DNA from: Candidatus Latescibacterota bacterium
GTDB lineage: Bacteria > Latescibacterota > UBA2968 > UBA8231
Length of the DNA: 64,000 nucleotides
Direction: 5' to 3'
Assembly: GCA_965206595.1 (NCBI GenBank)
Contig: OZ242214.1
Span: 288,001 to 352,000, forward strand
Shown here: piece by piece, positions 30,317 to 40,172 of the stretch
How the letters are laid out: the number at the start of each line of letters is the position of its first letter
How positions within the stretch are numbered: position 1 is the stretch's first letter
Position numbers and translations under genes: made by a program
The notes under the pieces: model-generated
What the model was told of the DNA's origin: nothing
Databases searched by the model: none
What the model saw: the letters and a program-made list of their open reading frames with translations, nothing else

Positions 30317-33043
30317 TCAGTAGGCCACGCCGATGGAGCGGATGACGTAGCGCCGCTCGAGATCGGCGCCGCGGTCGTCGGCATCGACGTGGAAACCCAG
30401 GACGTAGACTCCCGGGGGGACGCGGCGGCCGCGGTCGTCCTCCCCGTCCCACTCGAGACGGTAGGCCCCGGCGCCGATTTCCCGCCTTTCGTCGAGGCGC
30501 CGAACGAGCCGGCCGCCAAGGTCGTGGATGTCGACGGAGACGGCCCGGCTGCCCCCGACGAGGACGACGGAAAAGCCGAGCCCGGCGACGTCGTTGACGC
30601 CGTCGCCGTTCGGGCTGAAGACCGCGGGCAGGTCGAAATCGGTGAACAGCTCCCTTTCTCCCTGCAGGCCGACGACCACGAGGCTGTTGGCGTCGATCCC
30701 CGCGGTCGCGTCCCCCTCGTCGACCTGTTGCCAGACGATGCCGCCGTCGCCGTCAGGGAACCTCGCGAAGGCCTGCAGGAGCCCGCCGACGGAGAACAGG
30801 GTGCCGCTGAAATCCAGCCGCACAAGGCCGGTCCCGCTGCCGGGAGTGATGGCGGGGAAGGTGACCAGCAGGCTATCGTCGGCCGTGGGGTTGACCAGCG
30901 CCTCCACGGCGAGCCCGTCGAGGCCGGTCCCACCGGCCAGGTCCTGCTCGGCGCCTGAAAACAAGCCGATGAAGCCGAGGTTCATGCCGTCGGGGGCGGT
31001 GAGAAGCAGCCCGTCGAAGCCGGGATTGCCGGGACCGAAGTCCGGGCGCACGTACAGGGTGAAGGGCCGCTCCACTGCCAGGGACTCGACCCGGGTCGGG
31101 GTCACTTCCCCCAGGAAGGAGAGCGCCAGGGGGTCGGAATAGTTGAGGCGTACCGCCTCGAGCGTGGGCGCGGCCTCCGGCCTTTCGGAAAGCAGCGTGG
31201 CCCGGACCTGGACGTAGTCGCGGGGCGAGGGCGAGGTGATGCGGTTCCCCGGCTCGAAGTAGGGTTGGCTCCAGGGGCTGGCGTCGCTGCCGAGAACCTC
31301 CTCGGTGACGATATCCCCCCTGAGGAGGTTGTCGGGAATCTTCACCTTGGGGTTGGGTTTCTGAAGCTTGTTGTACTTGTCTTCGGTAACCTCCTTGCCG
31401 AGGCCGTTGAAATAGTGGATGACCTCGGTCTTCGTGCTGCTCGTGCGCGTCTGCATCACGACGCGGGTGTGCGGAGGGGTATCGGCATCCCACTCGATGG
31501 AGGTCAGGGTGCGGGTGCCGCGCAGGTCCATCAGGGGGGACTCCAGGGTGACCTCCGGCTGGTATCCCTCGCTGAATATCCTCAGCTCCGAAAAGGGGTG
31601 GGTGGCGTTGAACAGCATCCTTCTGATCGGATCGCCCGCATGCTGGTAGACGATGCGCAGAAAGCGGGCCTTCACCGGTTCGAAGGCGTGGCGGTACGAC
31701 TCGACCTTCGTCGGGTGGATCGGCGTCTGGGGATGGGGCGGATAGAAAGCCCTGAATTTGGGGGTCTCCTCCGACTCGGCCGCGGTCACCCATTTGAGGC
31801 TGCCGTCTACCTGCCGGGAGCCGTCGGAGAAATCGACCCGGTAGTCGTCCATGCTGAAGTTGTTCGAGGCCCCGAAGAGGCGCAGGATGAACTGCACTCC
31901 GCGCACCCAGAAGAAGGACCCCATGTCGGCTACGATCCTGGCCTGGAAGGTTTCGACGGCGGCGGGGATGGCGTACTTGGCCTTGAAAGAGGTACCGACG
32001 TCGCCGTCGAACATCTGGTCCGGGGCGTTGTCGAATTCGGGCACCGAGGAGATGCTTCCGCCGCGGGCAACGAGGTCGCGGGCGAGGTCCTCGCCGGCCT
32101 GCCAGACCTCTATATCGGCGACCCTTGGGCGCTCCCGCCGATAGTACCGCACCGGTCCCCGCCGATGCTCCGGCAGCCGCTCGTAGTTCTCCTCGAGGAC
32201 CGGCAGCTCGCGGCCATCGTTGAGAATCTTGATGAAATCGACGGCCCCGGCATCCTCCGGGGACTCGCGCAGCAGGCGCTCGTGCTCGGCCGCGGATATC
32301 CCGGAACCGCGGTCGAGCCGCGAGCCGCGGGCGACGATCTGGATGAAGCGCACCACCATCTCGCGGGTCTCGTCGGGGACTTCCGAGAAATCGATCTCGA
32401 ACCTGCGGAGGGAGGTGTTGGGCTCGGTCACCTGCAGCGCCGGGAGATAGTCGAGGCTCTGCCCGGCGATGGCGGATATCGGCTTCAGGCCGTCCGAGGT
32501 GAGGACCTCGAACAGGTAGAAGGGATCCCCCATCCCCTCGCCGACGAAGGAGACGACGATCCTGTCGGCGACGACGACGCGGCCCAGATCGACGGAGAAC
32601 CACCAGGTCGCGTCGACGGCCGAATTCGCCGGAGGGGGTTCGGGTTCCCAGAAAGTCTTCGGGTCGCCGTCGAGCACGTTGAGCACGCCCTCGCGGTTGG
32701 TGCCGGCAGCGATGGCGTCGAGCAGCTCGATCTCCTCCGGAGCTTTGCCGGCGAGGTGTTCCGGGGGGTGCGCCCGCAGGAACTCCAGAATGTTGTGGAG
32801 GGCGTTCGTGTTCAGCCTCCAGCGGCGCGGCTTCACCCCGCCCTCCGGGGTAATCGTCAACGACCCCTTGGGGAGGTGCCATTCCTGCCAGTGCCGCTGC
32901 GAATCGGTGGCGATCTGACGGGCGCCGCGGTCGATCCGGTAGCCGCTTTGGGCGCCCGCACCCAAGTCCTGCAGGAGTGCGAGGGCGGCGAAGACCGGGG
33001 CCGTCAGCCAAACCCCCGGTGCATTCTTTTTCAGTAGAGCCAT
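30317..33043 (-). CDS. Tandem paralog, cargo A2
   Basis: Colinear with A1 over its full length, with the same CTD. Start at MALLKK (33043). Confidence 0.8.
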   Translation of the reverse strand: MALLKKNAPGVWLTAPVFAALALLQDLGAGAQSGYRIDRGARQIATDSQRHWQEWHLPKGSLTITPEGGVKPRRWRLNTNALHNILEFLRAHPPEHLAGKAPEEIELLDAIAAGTNREGVLNVLDGDPKTFWEPEPPPANSAVDATWWFSVDLGRVVVADRIVVSFVGEGMGDPFYLFEVLTSDGLKPISAIAGQSLDYLPALQVTEPNTSLRRFEIDFSEVPDETREMVVRFIQIVARGSRLDRGSGISAAEHERLLRESPEDAGAVDFIKILNDGRELPVLEENYERLPEHRRGPVRYYRRERPRVADIEVWQAGEDLARDLVARGGSISSVPEFDNAPDQMFDGDVGTSFKAKYAIPAAVETFQARIVADMGSFFWVRGVQFILRLFGASNNFSMDDYRVDFSDGSRQVDGSLKWVTAAESEETPKFRAFYPPHPQTPIHPTKVESYRHAFEPVKARFLRIVYQHAGDPIRRMLFNATHPFSELRIFSEGYQPEVTLESPLMDLRGTRTLTSIEWDADTPPHTRVVMQTRTSSTKTEVIHYFNGLGKEVTEDKYNKLQKPNPKVKIPDNLLRGDIVTEEVLGSDASPWSQPYFEPGNRITSPSPRDYVQVRATLLSERPEAAPTLEAVRLNYSDPLALSFLGEVTPTRVESLAVERPFTLYVRPDFGPGNPGFDGLLLTAPDGMNLGFIGLFSGAEQDLAGGTGLDGLAVEALVNPTADDSLLVTFPAITPGSGTGLVRLDFSGTLFSVGGLLQAFARFPDGDGGIVWQQVDEGDATAGIDANSLVVVGLQGERELFTDFDLPAVFSPNGDGVNDVAGLGFSVVLVGGSRAVSVDIHDLGGRLVRRLDERREIGAGAYRLEWDGEDDRGRRVPPGVYVLGFHVDADDRGADLERRYVIRSIGVAY

Positions 33044-33057
33044 CGGCGTCGCGCCGC

Positions 33058-35982
33058 CTACCTGAGGGCGGCGAACATCGTCACAAAGACGAGACCGGCG
33101 GTTCCGCTCTCGTTGTCGCGTCCGGCGATCTCGAAGGAACGGCGGTCGACGCGGATGCCGGCCTGCGTCGTCAGGGCGTATCCCAGGTAGTCCCGGGTAT
33201 TGGTCAGCTGCGCGGCCAGGGCGGTCCCGTGGAAGTCGCCCGTCCTCTGCCCGTTCGCGACCTCCCCTTCCCCGGCGCGTGTATCGTAGAACAGCCTCTG
33301 CTCCCAACCGAGCCGGATGCGGCTCGAGCGCAGCAGCGGAACTTCGATCTGAAGGGACAGCATGCCGTCCCACGACCGCCGTTTCCGCAGGTCCCTGCTG
33401 AAGGGCGTCGCGCGCTGCAGCTCGCTCTTGACGCGGGGGGCGATCGCCACCTGCCGCCAGAAGCAGAGGTACTCCGCCTTGTTGATGATGCCGAAGAAGC
33501 CGGAGCGGGCGCGCCCGTTGCGGCCTTCGACGCCGAGGGGATCGAAGACGTCGAGGGTGTCGCCGGAGGAATCGAGGGTCGCGACGGCCCCGGTCCCCTG
33601 CTGGCGCCAGATCTCCCACTTCACCCGGTGCAGGGTCGACCACCTTCGCGCCGAGTCGAACCCCCAGTCGGCGTAGGCGGCGTTGATCCAGGTGTCCGCG
33701 GCGGCGAGCAGGTCCGGCACCGCCTGCAGCCTGCCCGGGGAGCTGGCCGGACCGCCTTCGGAAGCCTCGGGAACGATCCATTGCACCAGGTCGTCGGCGA
33801 TCGCGTCCTCCGCCTTCTTCAGCATGTCGAAGAACCGCATCCTTCCCAGCCCCGGGTGGTGCCTTTCAAAGGTGATCATCCCGTAGTCGGTGTGGTTCCG
33901 GCGCTCGGACTCCCGCATCCCCTGGCGCAGCCGGCCGAGCCTCATCTTGGCGCCGGGAGCGATCTCGACGGTGCCGAAGAGATTGTACCCCCAGTGGTCC
34001 CTCCTGTACGGCAGGTCGGGCTCCTCGTCGTTCTCGAAGCGTTCCGGCCATCCATTGTTGTTGAGGTCGATGCCGAACAGGAACTGCGGGCGGTCGGACC
34101 GGAAGCGCACGAAGGGCTCGTCGTAGTCGGGGAAGAAGTTGGGACGCTCCGGGTTGTTGTTCTGGTTGAAGTCCGATATGAAGTCGCCGTTCTCGTCGTA
34201 CCCGGGAAACACCTCGGGGTCGGCGACCCCGCGCTCGACGACGTTCCTGATCTGGGTGGCGCGCTGCGGCACCAGCGACCCCTGCAGGAAGCGCAGCTGA
34301 TCGGGGTGGCGGTCGTTGTCGTCGTTGTCGTCGACGAAGTCGTAAAGCAGGCGGGTGTTCTCCGGCGAGAAGTCCGGAAGTCCCGAACGGTCCATCGGCA
34401 GCACGGAGGTGGTGTAGCCGTCGTCCATGCCGAACCCTTCGCCGAAGAGAGACAACGGTCCCTTTCTCCAGGACGCGTTGACCATGAAACCGAGCGCCCC
34501 GCTCTCACCGGCGATGCCGGAGAAGGCCCTGCGGGCGTTGCGGTCCGGCGTCGGGTATTTCAGGTACAGCGTGTTGACGTTGAGCTCGCCGTAGAGGTCG
34601 ATGCCGAGGAAATCCCTCAGTTCCGCGGTGAGGCCGTAGGTCTGCAGCGCCGTCGGCAGCCCGTAGCTGAACACGACCTCGCGCTGGTTGACCAGATCCT
34701 TCGTGTTCCCGTCCGCCCTGGTGACGAGGCGGAACTGCGGCACGCCGTCGAGGTTCGTCTGGTGGTCGGACGACATTTCTATGCGGTAGTCGTTGGCCAG
34801 CACCAAGCGAAAGCGAACCTCCTCGATGTTGGCCACCACCTCTTCCGCCTGGAACCGGTCGAGCAACAGGGGGCGCTCGAGCAGGGAGGCCAGGGTACGC
34901 AGCTGGTCCTCGTCCGCAAGCTCCGGCGACGGCCCGAGATAGTAGCGCATGACGATCTTGCCGGAGCCGTCCGCGGTGCGCAGTCCCTGGCGCAGAAGGC
35001 CCCCCTGGATCAGCGGCCGGAAGCCGATGCTCGAGCCGGTGATGAGGGTGTCCTTCATGACGGTGATCGCGGTGTCGCCGGAGACCACCTCCCTGGGAAC
35101 CCTGGTTCGAATCTCGACGTCGTGGGCGATCAGGACGGCGCCTCCCTCGTTGTCCTCGGGGGAGTCGTCGCTCAGCTGCACGACGATGAGGTTGGGCCGC
35201 CGGGAGGTCTGCTCCAGCGTCAGGAAGCCCTTCAGGGGATTGCCGTCGAAGCTGTCCCTGCTGCCCTGGCTGTTGTGGCTGTTGACCAGGGTGAAACCCA
35301 TGGTCAGGCGGTCGCCGATGTCCGCTTCGACGCGGCCGGCGCCGAGGTTGGTCATCTGGTCGAACTTCGAGGTGCCCGAGAGCACGGGGTCGCTCAGGCG
35401 CGAGAAGATCCCGGTGGCGCGGAGGCGGCCGGTGGAGAAGCTGGTGACCACCCCGTTGAATCCCGCCTTGCGGAAGGTCATCGGCGTCAGGGTGGTCGCG
35501 ATCTCGTCGCCGACCATCAGAGACAGGGCGAAGTCTCCTTTCTGGTCCGACGAGACGATCAGGCGGCCGAAGAAGTCGATGAAGCGCCCCGTCTGCTTGA
35601 TCGACGAGCTCTCCGAGATGCGCGGCTGACTCTGCCGCCAGTCGTAGACGAGGTAGCCGCGGGTGACGTAGTCGCCGTAGAAGTCGTAGAAGTCGTCCCC
35701 GTCCTGGGCCGGGCTCCCGTATCGGTAGTAGCGCTGCCTGGCGTAGTTCGTCCACTCCCACTGGCGGCGTCCGTACTCCTGGAAGAAGATCTGCGGCATG
35801 TACCAGCGGTGCACCGTGGGATCGAGGGTGTTGGTGTATATCGGCACACCCGTCGGGCGGTAGGAGAACCCCCCCTTCGCGGGGGTGCCCAGCCGGAACC
35901 CGTAATCCTCCCGGGCCGAGGCCAGGCTCGCGAGCCCGCCGGCGACCAGAATTGCGCCTGCCAACGCAACGCGAAGCTTCAT
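33058..35982 (-). CDS. Secreted ~974-aa probable outer-membrane beta-barrel protein (B1)
   Basis: Signal peptide MKLRVALAG...ASA; amphipathic strands; DFVDDNDDND...DENGDFISDFNQN...DLNNNGW block. Start overlaps the upstream stop (ATGA). Confidence 0.7.
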   Translation of the reverse strand: MKLRVALAGAILVAGGLASLASAREDYGFRLGTPAKGGFSYRPTGVPIYTNTLDPTVHRWYMPQIFFQEYGRRQWEWTNYARQRYYRYGSPAQDGDDFYDFYGDYVTRGYLVYDWRQSQPRISESSSIKQTGRFIDFFGRLIVSSDQKGDFALSLMVGDEIATTLTPMTFRKAGFNGVVTSFSTGRLRATGIFSRLSDPVLSGTSKFDQMTNLGAGRVEADIGDRLTMGFTLVNSHNSQGSRDSFDGNPLKGFLTLEQTSRRPNLIVVQLSDDSPEDNEGGAVLIAHDVEIRTRVPREVVSGDTAITVMKDTLITGSSIGFRPLIQGGLLRQGLRTADGSGKIVMRYYLGPSPELADEDQLRTLASLLERPLLLDRFQAEEVVANIEEVRFRLVLANDYRIEMSSDHQTNLDGVPQFRLVTRADGNTKDLVNQREVVFSYGLPTALQTYGLTAELRDFLGIDLYGELNVNTLYLKYPTPDRNARRAFSGIAGESGALGFMVNASWRKGPLSLFGEGFGMDDGYTTSVLPMDRSGLPDFSPENTRLLYDFVDDNDDNDRHPDQLRFLQGSLVPQRATQIRNVVERGVADPEVFPGYDENGDFISDFNQNNNPERPNFFPDYDEPFVRFRSDRPQFLFGIDLNNNGWPERFENDEEPDLPYRRDHWGYNLFGTVEIAPGAKMRLGRLRQGMRESERRNHTDYGMITFERHHPGLGRMRFFDMLKKAEDAIADDLVQWIVPEASEGGPASSPGRLQAVPDLLAAADTWINAAYADWGFDSARRWSTLHRVKWEIWRQQGTGAVATLDSSGDTLDVFDPLGVEGRNGRARSGFFGIINKAEYLCFWRQVAIAPRVKSELQRATPFSRDLRKRRSWDGMLSLQIEVPLLRSSRIRLGWEQRLFYDTRAGEGEVANGQRTGDFHGTALAAQLTNTRDYLGYALTTQAGIRVDRRSFEIAGRDNESGTAGLVFVTMFAALR

Positions 35983-38798
35983 CTCAGTCCCGCGTATACC
36001 GTAATGAACGTTGTCACCTCGGTGCCGACGTCTTCCCCCTTCCGCAGCGGTCCGGCAGCGGACGGCTCGACGACCTCCCTGTAGGTGCGGTCGAGGAGAA
36101 AGCCGATCTGGGTGATCAGCCGGAACCCGAGGTAGCGGGAAGTGTTGCCGAATTGAAGACCGAATATCAGGGAGCGGGAGTCTCCGGTTTTCCCCTCGAC
36201 GCCGCGAGCGAGCAGCTCCCCCTCGTCGCGGGCAAGTTCCCGTTCGAGTGCGTACTCGATTCCCGTGGTCACCGAGCTGTGGCGCAGCGCCGGGAAGCGG
36301 GCGACGATCCCGGCGATCCCCGTCCATTCCCGGCGGTCCTCGGCGTTCCGCAGGAAGGCCTCCGATGACAGGAACTCGCTCTTGAATCTCGGGGTCAGGT
36401 CGATGGCGCGGAGGCGGCGATGGTACTCGAGCTTGTTGATCATCCCCAACAGCCCGCTCGTTTCCTGCAGCGCGTCGCCGTCGATGGATACGGCGTTCTC
36501 GTCGCGCTGGCGGTAGAATTCCCACTTGATCTTGTTGACCGCCCGGAAGGCCTCGAGGGCGGTGTAGTCGAGGCCGAGCCAGGCGGTGTTGATCCAGGTG
36601 TCCTGGGCCGGCAGCAGATCGTCGACAACGGGACGCTGCGCGGTTCTCGTGAAGCCGATGGCGCGCCGGTCGTCGGGGATGGAGTCCGAGGTCCGCTTGA
36701 GGGACTCGAAGAAGCGGACGCGGCCGAAACCGGGGTAGTCCCCGTCGAAGGTGAACAAGCCGTAGGTGGTGGTATTGTCGCGGTCCTGCGAGAGCATGCG
36801 CTCGTCGTTGCGGCCCAGCAGCAGCCGGGATCCCTGCATGAGGTCGGCTCCGGCAAATGCGTTGTATCCCCGCCGGTCCGCCTTGTACGGATAGTCGGGC
36901 AGGTCGTCGTCCTCGAAGCGGTCGATCCAGCCGTTGTTGTTGATGTCGATGCCGAACAGGAACTCCGGCCTGTCGACGTCGTGCCTGAGAAACGGTTCTT
37001 CGTAGTCGGGAACCTCGTTGGGAACGGAGACCGTGTTGTTCTGATTGAAGTCGGAGATGAAGTCGCCGTTCTCGTCCCACCCGGGAAACACCCCGTCGTT
37101 GTCTATCCGGGACTCGCCGCTGCGCACCCATTCCGGGCGCAGGTCCTGGTCGTCGTTGTCGTCGACGAATTCGTAGATGTACACCGCGGGTTCGTCGTAG
37201 GTGATGGAGCCGCGCCTGTCGACCACGAACGCCGAGGTCGAGTAGTCGTGGCTGATCGAGTAGGCCTCCCCGTAGAGGAACCAGGGATTCCCCCCACGGC
37301 TCAGGGTGGCGTACCCGGCATCGGCGCTGCGCGAGCTGATCTCGTGACCTTCGTTCTCCCGGAAGAGAACGGCGTTCGGATACTGGGAGTAGCGCACGTT
37401 GCGGTCCCACTCTCCGTACAGGTCGAATCCGAAGATGTCCGTGCCCTCGACGGTGAAGCCCCCGACGAGGTTCGCCGTGGGCAGGCCGTACTCGAAGTCG
37501 ACGCGCTGCATGTTGGAGAGATCGTCGACGTTGCCGACGGCGCGCCGGACCGGAAGCAGGAACGGGTCTTCCTCGGCCAGGACCTGGGGTGTGACCGGCG
37601 TCGGCAGGATCGCCGACGTCTGCAGGGAGGAAGCCTGACTGCCGCTGCCCCGGACGAGGTGTCGGTCCGACCAGACGTCGATGGTGTAATCGTTGGCGAT
37701 CACGTAATCGAACTCGACGTTGACAATGCTCGATACGTCCCCTTCGGGGAGCTGAAATGCGACGTTGGAGAAGTCGTAGTTGAGGACGATGCGCTCCTCG
37801 CCGTCTGCCACCAGCGCCCCCTGCCGGGGGAAGCCGCCGAAGATCCGCGGCCACTCCAACCCTTCGCGGACTACCTCGTCCTGCGCGTAGACGGTCTCCT
37901 CCCCGGTCTCGAAGTTGCGCACCGTGATACGGCAGTCGTGTCCGAACAGCGCCGCCCCTCCCCTGCCGTCGCCGGGAGAGTCGTCCCCGAGGACGACGAC
38001 GATGATGCCGGCAGGATGGCTGCTCTGGCCGCGGGCGAGGTTGCCGGCCATGAAGTGCCCCTCGGTAATGCCCAGCTCGGTGTTGGAGTGGCGGGCGTCG
38101 ACGAGGGTGGCGCCGACTTCGATCCGGTCGCTCACCTGGAAGGTCGCGCGGCCGCCGATGAGGCCGGTCGTGTGGGTGTTGCGCACCGCCTGCACGAACG
38201 CCTGCTGTGGGGTGCTGATACGGGAGGCGAGAAAGGTGGCGGCGAAGCGGTCGGCGGCGACGTCGAGCTGCACGCCGTTGAACCTCGGCTTGGAGAAGGT
38301 CAGCGGGGTAAGGGTGGTGCGCAGTTGGTTGCCGACGGTCACCGCATAGCTGTACTGTCCCCTGGAGTCGGCGCTGACCACGGCGCCGCTGAACCAGCCG
38401 TTGAACTTGTCGTCCTTGAACAGGGAACTGCCGAAATCCCCGGGCTGTTCCTGGCGCCAGTCGTAGATCAGCCAGCCGCGGCTGACGTAGTCCCCGAAGA
38501 AGTCGTAGAAGTAGTCCCCCTCCAGGGCGGTGCTGACGTAGCGCTGGTAGTGGTAGCGGGAGTAGTTCGAGAAATCGCGGTGCTGCCAGCGGTACTCGTT
38601 GTAGAGCTCCTGGGGGACGTACCAGCGCTGGACCACCGGGTCGAGGGCTCCGTACGTCAGACCGCTGCCGATCGGCTCGAAAGAGGGCCTGCCGCCGCGC
38701 TGGACGTCGAGCCTGGATCTGCCGGAAATGCCCTCGACAGGAATAAGAGACTGAATGACGAGGGCAGCGGCCGGAAGGAGGGGAAGGAGCCGTCTCAT
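35979..38798 (-). CDS. Paralog B2 (939 aa)
   Basis: Same motifs (RWYVPQE, YDWRQ, LTPxTFxK, YGLPTA); ends FITVYAGLR. Confidence 0.72.
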   Translation of the reverse strand: MRRLLPLLPAAALVIQSLIPVEGISGRSRLDVQRGGRPSFEPIGSGLTYGALDPVVQRWYVPQELYNEYRWQHRDFSNYSRYHYQRYVSTALEGDYFYDFFGDYVSRGWLIYDWRQEQPGDFGSSLFKDDKFNGWFSGAVVSADSRGQYSYAVTVGNQLRTTLTPLTFSKPRFNGVQLDVAADRFAATFLASRISTPQQAFVQAVRNTHTTGLIGGRATFQVSDRIEVGATLVDARHSNTELGITEGHFMAGNLARGQSSHPAGIIVVVLGDDSPGDGRGGAALFGHDCRITVRNFETGEETVYAQDEVVREGLEWPRIFGGFPRQGALVADGEERIVLNYDFSNVAFQLPEGDVSSIVNVEFDYVIANDYTIDVWSDRHLVRGSGSQASSLQTSAILPTPVTPQVLAEEDPFLLPVRRAVGNVDDLSNMQRVDFEYGLPTANLVGGFTVEGTDIFGFDLYGEWDRNVRYSQYPNAVLFRENEGHEISSRSADAGYATLSRGGNPWFLYGEAYSISHDYSTSAFVVDRRGSITYDEPAVYIYEFVDDNDDQDLRPEWVRSGESRIDNDGVFPGWDENGDFISDFNQNNTVSVPNEVPDYEEPFLRHDVDRPEFLFGIDINNNGWIDRFEDDDLPDYPYKADRRGYNAFAGADLMQGSRLLLGRNDERMLSQDRDNTTTYGLFTFDGDYPGFGRVRFFESLKRTSDSIPDDRRAIGFTRTAQRPVVDDLLPAQDTWINTAWLGLDYTALEAFRAVNKIKWEFYRQRDENAVSIDGDALQETSGLLGMINKLEYHRRLRAIDLTPRFKSEFLSSEAFLRNAEDRREWTGIAGIVARFPALRHSSVTTGIEYALERELARDEGELLARGVEGKTGDSRSLIFGLQFGNTSRYLGFRLITQIGFLLDRTYREVVEPSAAGPLRKGEDVGTEVTTFITVYAGLR

Positions 38799-38812
38799 CG
38801 CGCGTAATCTAC

Positions 38813-38882
38813 TGAAGGAAAACCGGTGAAGGAAATCCGGTGAAGGAAATCCGGTGAAGGAAATCCGGTGAAGCTAATCCGG
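38813..38882. repeat. 14-bp tandem repeat TGAAGGAAATCCGG x5
   Basis: Three exact and two variant units, starting 14 nt upstream of the B2 start. Confidence 0.9.
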
Positions 38883-38928
38883 GCTATCAATCGGGAAATC
38901 CGGGCGATCCATCGTTGCGACGTCGGGC

Positions 38929-38966
38929 CGTTAGAATGGCGTAACTGCGTTAGAATGGCGTAACTG
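38929..38966. repeat. 19-bp tandem duplication CGTTAGAATGGCGTAACTG x2
   Basis: Exact duplication in the divergent intergenic region. Confidence 0.9.
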
Positions 38967-39187
38967 GCTGTTTAATAATGTGATAGGGAAATTGACCCGC
39001 TGTTTGCCAAGGCCCGACCCAGAGAGAGGAACAAAAGTGCGGATGAAGGAGAGGGGAAACCGACTGCCCGCTTTCGAAAAATAGCTTGCTACAAGGTTTT
39101 GCCTTGCGTACCCTTACGCCTGTTTCAGACTATATAGCCTGTCAATGGGCCCTACAAGCCCTTCCAAATCAAATAAGGAGATGAGCC

Positions 39188-40108
39188 GTGAAGAGACTTG
39201 CAGCATGCTTGGCGATAACAGGTCTGATCTTCACCGCTGTGGATCGGACCGAAGCACACCAGCCCGAAGGGGTGTTGTACTTCCTGTGGCAGTGGCCCCC
39301 GGGTCAGCCGGTTCTGGATGCGGACCTCTCCGAATGGGACGTACTGCCCGAGGAGTACTGGTTCAGCAACGACGACTACGAAACCAAGATCTTCCAGAGC
39401 GAAGGCCAGGCCGGCCGCGTCACCACCGGCATGGATCCCGCGAAGATGGACATGCGCTACGCGATCAGCGCCCATGTGGAGGAAGACCGCTTCTACTTCG
39501 CCTACGAGCGCTTCGACAACGCCTGGACGGCGTGGGCCGACATCGAGCCGAAGATCGACGCCGATCACTCCGCCGGTTCCTTCTGGTTCGAAGAGGGCCA
39601 GTCGGAGGAGGAGCAGAAGCGGGCCAAGTCTCGCGGCGCCCAGCCGTACCACCTGTTCTTCTCCGGAGGCCAGCAGCCCGGCGGGGACTGGGCCTGGATG
39701 TGGCAGACCCAGGCTGACTGGTACGAGGATCCGCGCTTCTCCGACGCCGCCTACGTGTACACGGGCGAGCCGCTTTCCGAGCAGGAGTACACGATCACCG
39801 CCGAGTTCTACCTCTCGGGCATCAACGACTTCAAATGGGACGATCCCGACTACAGCTTCAACAACATTCACGACATCGAGGAGGGTCAGATCGCCGGTAT
39901 CGCCGTCGAGATCTACGACACCGATCCCGGCTGTGAATCGGCCACGGAGGGCGCCGAGTGCGCCGCTCGCTGGTCGCTGGCGACCTTCAACGAGACCTTC
40001 GGGAATGCCGACTTCTTCACCGATTTCCTGGTGATGCCACTCGACCCGGATACTGCGGTCGAGGAGGACAGCTGGGGCGCCATCAAGGCCTCGATGTCGG
40101 CGAAGTAA
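39188..40108 (+). CDS. Secreted acidic protein, CBM9/DOMON-like, with a WGAIK C-terminal tail
   Basis: AAGGAG RBS; signal peptide; PVLDADLSEW; IAVEIYDTD; ends TAVEEDSWGAIKASMSAK. Confidence 0.7.
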   Translation: MKRLAACLAITGLIFTAVDRTEAHQPEGVLYFLWQWPPGQPVLDADLSEWDVLPEEYWFSNDDYETKIFQSEGQAGRVTTGMDPAKMDMRYAISAHVEEDRFYFAYERFDNAWTAWADIEPKIDADHSAGSFWFEEGQSEEEQKRAKSRGAQPYHLFFSGGQQPGGDWAWMWQTQADWYEDPRFSDAAYVYTGEPLSEQEYTITAEFYLSGINDFKWDDPDYSFNNIHDIEEGQIAGIAVEIYDTDPGCESATEGAECAARWSLATFNETFGNADFFTDFLVMPLDPDTAVEEDSWGAIKASMSAK

Positions 40109-40133
40109 AGCACTTCTGCATCATCAGCGTTCG

Positions 40134-40168
40134 ACAGGGGTGGGTCCTCCGGGACTCACCCCTGTTTT
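40134..40168 (+). terminator. Rho-independent terminator
   Basis: ACAGGGGTGGGTCC-TCCG-GGACTCACCCCTGT followed by a short T run. Confidence 0.7.
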
Positions 40169-40172
40169 GCGT

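Noticed and set aside
33058-37854. 1598-aa ORF as a single giant protein (likewise the 1154-aa ORF at 30317-33781)
   Set aside because: The N-terminal parts are out-of-frame overlaps with the upstream gene. Signal peptides and paralog alignment place the starts at 35982 and 33043.
27312-38807. Very long plus-strand ORFs (27312-30323, 32977-36084, 36420-38807)
   Set aside because: Antisense shadows of the A/B genes caused by codon bias.
38813-38966. Possible CRISPR array
   Set aside because: Units are directly adjacent without spacers, too short, and no cas genes are present.
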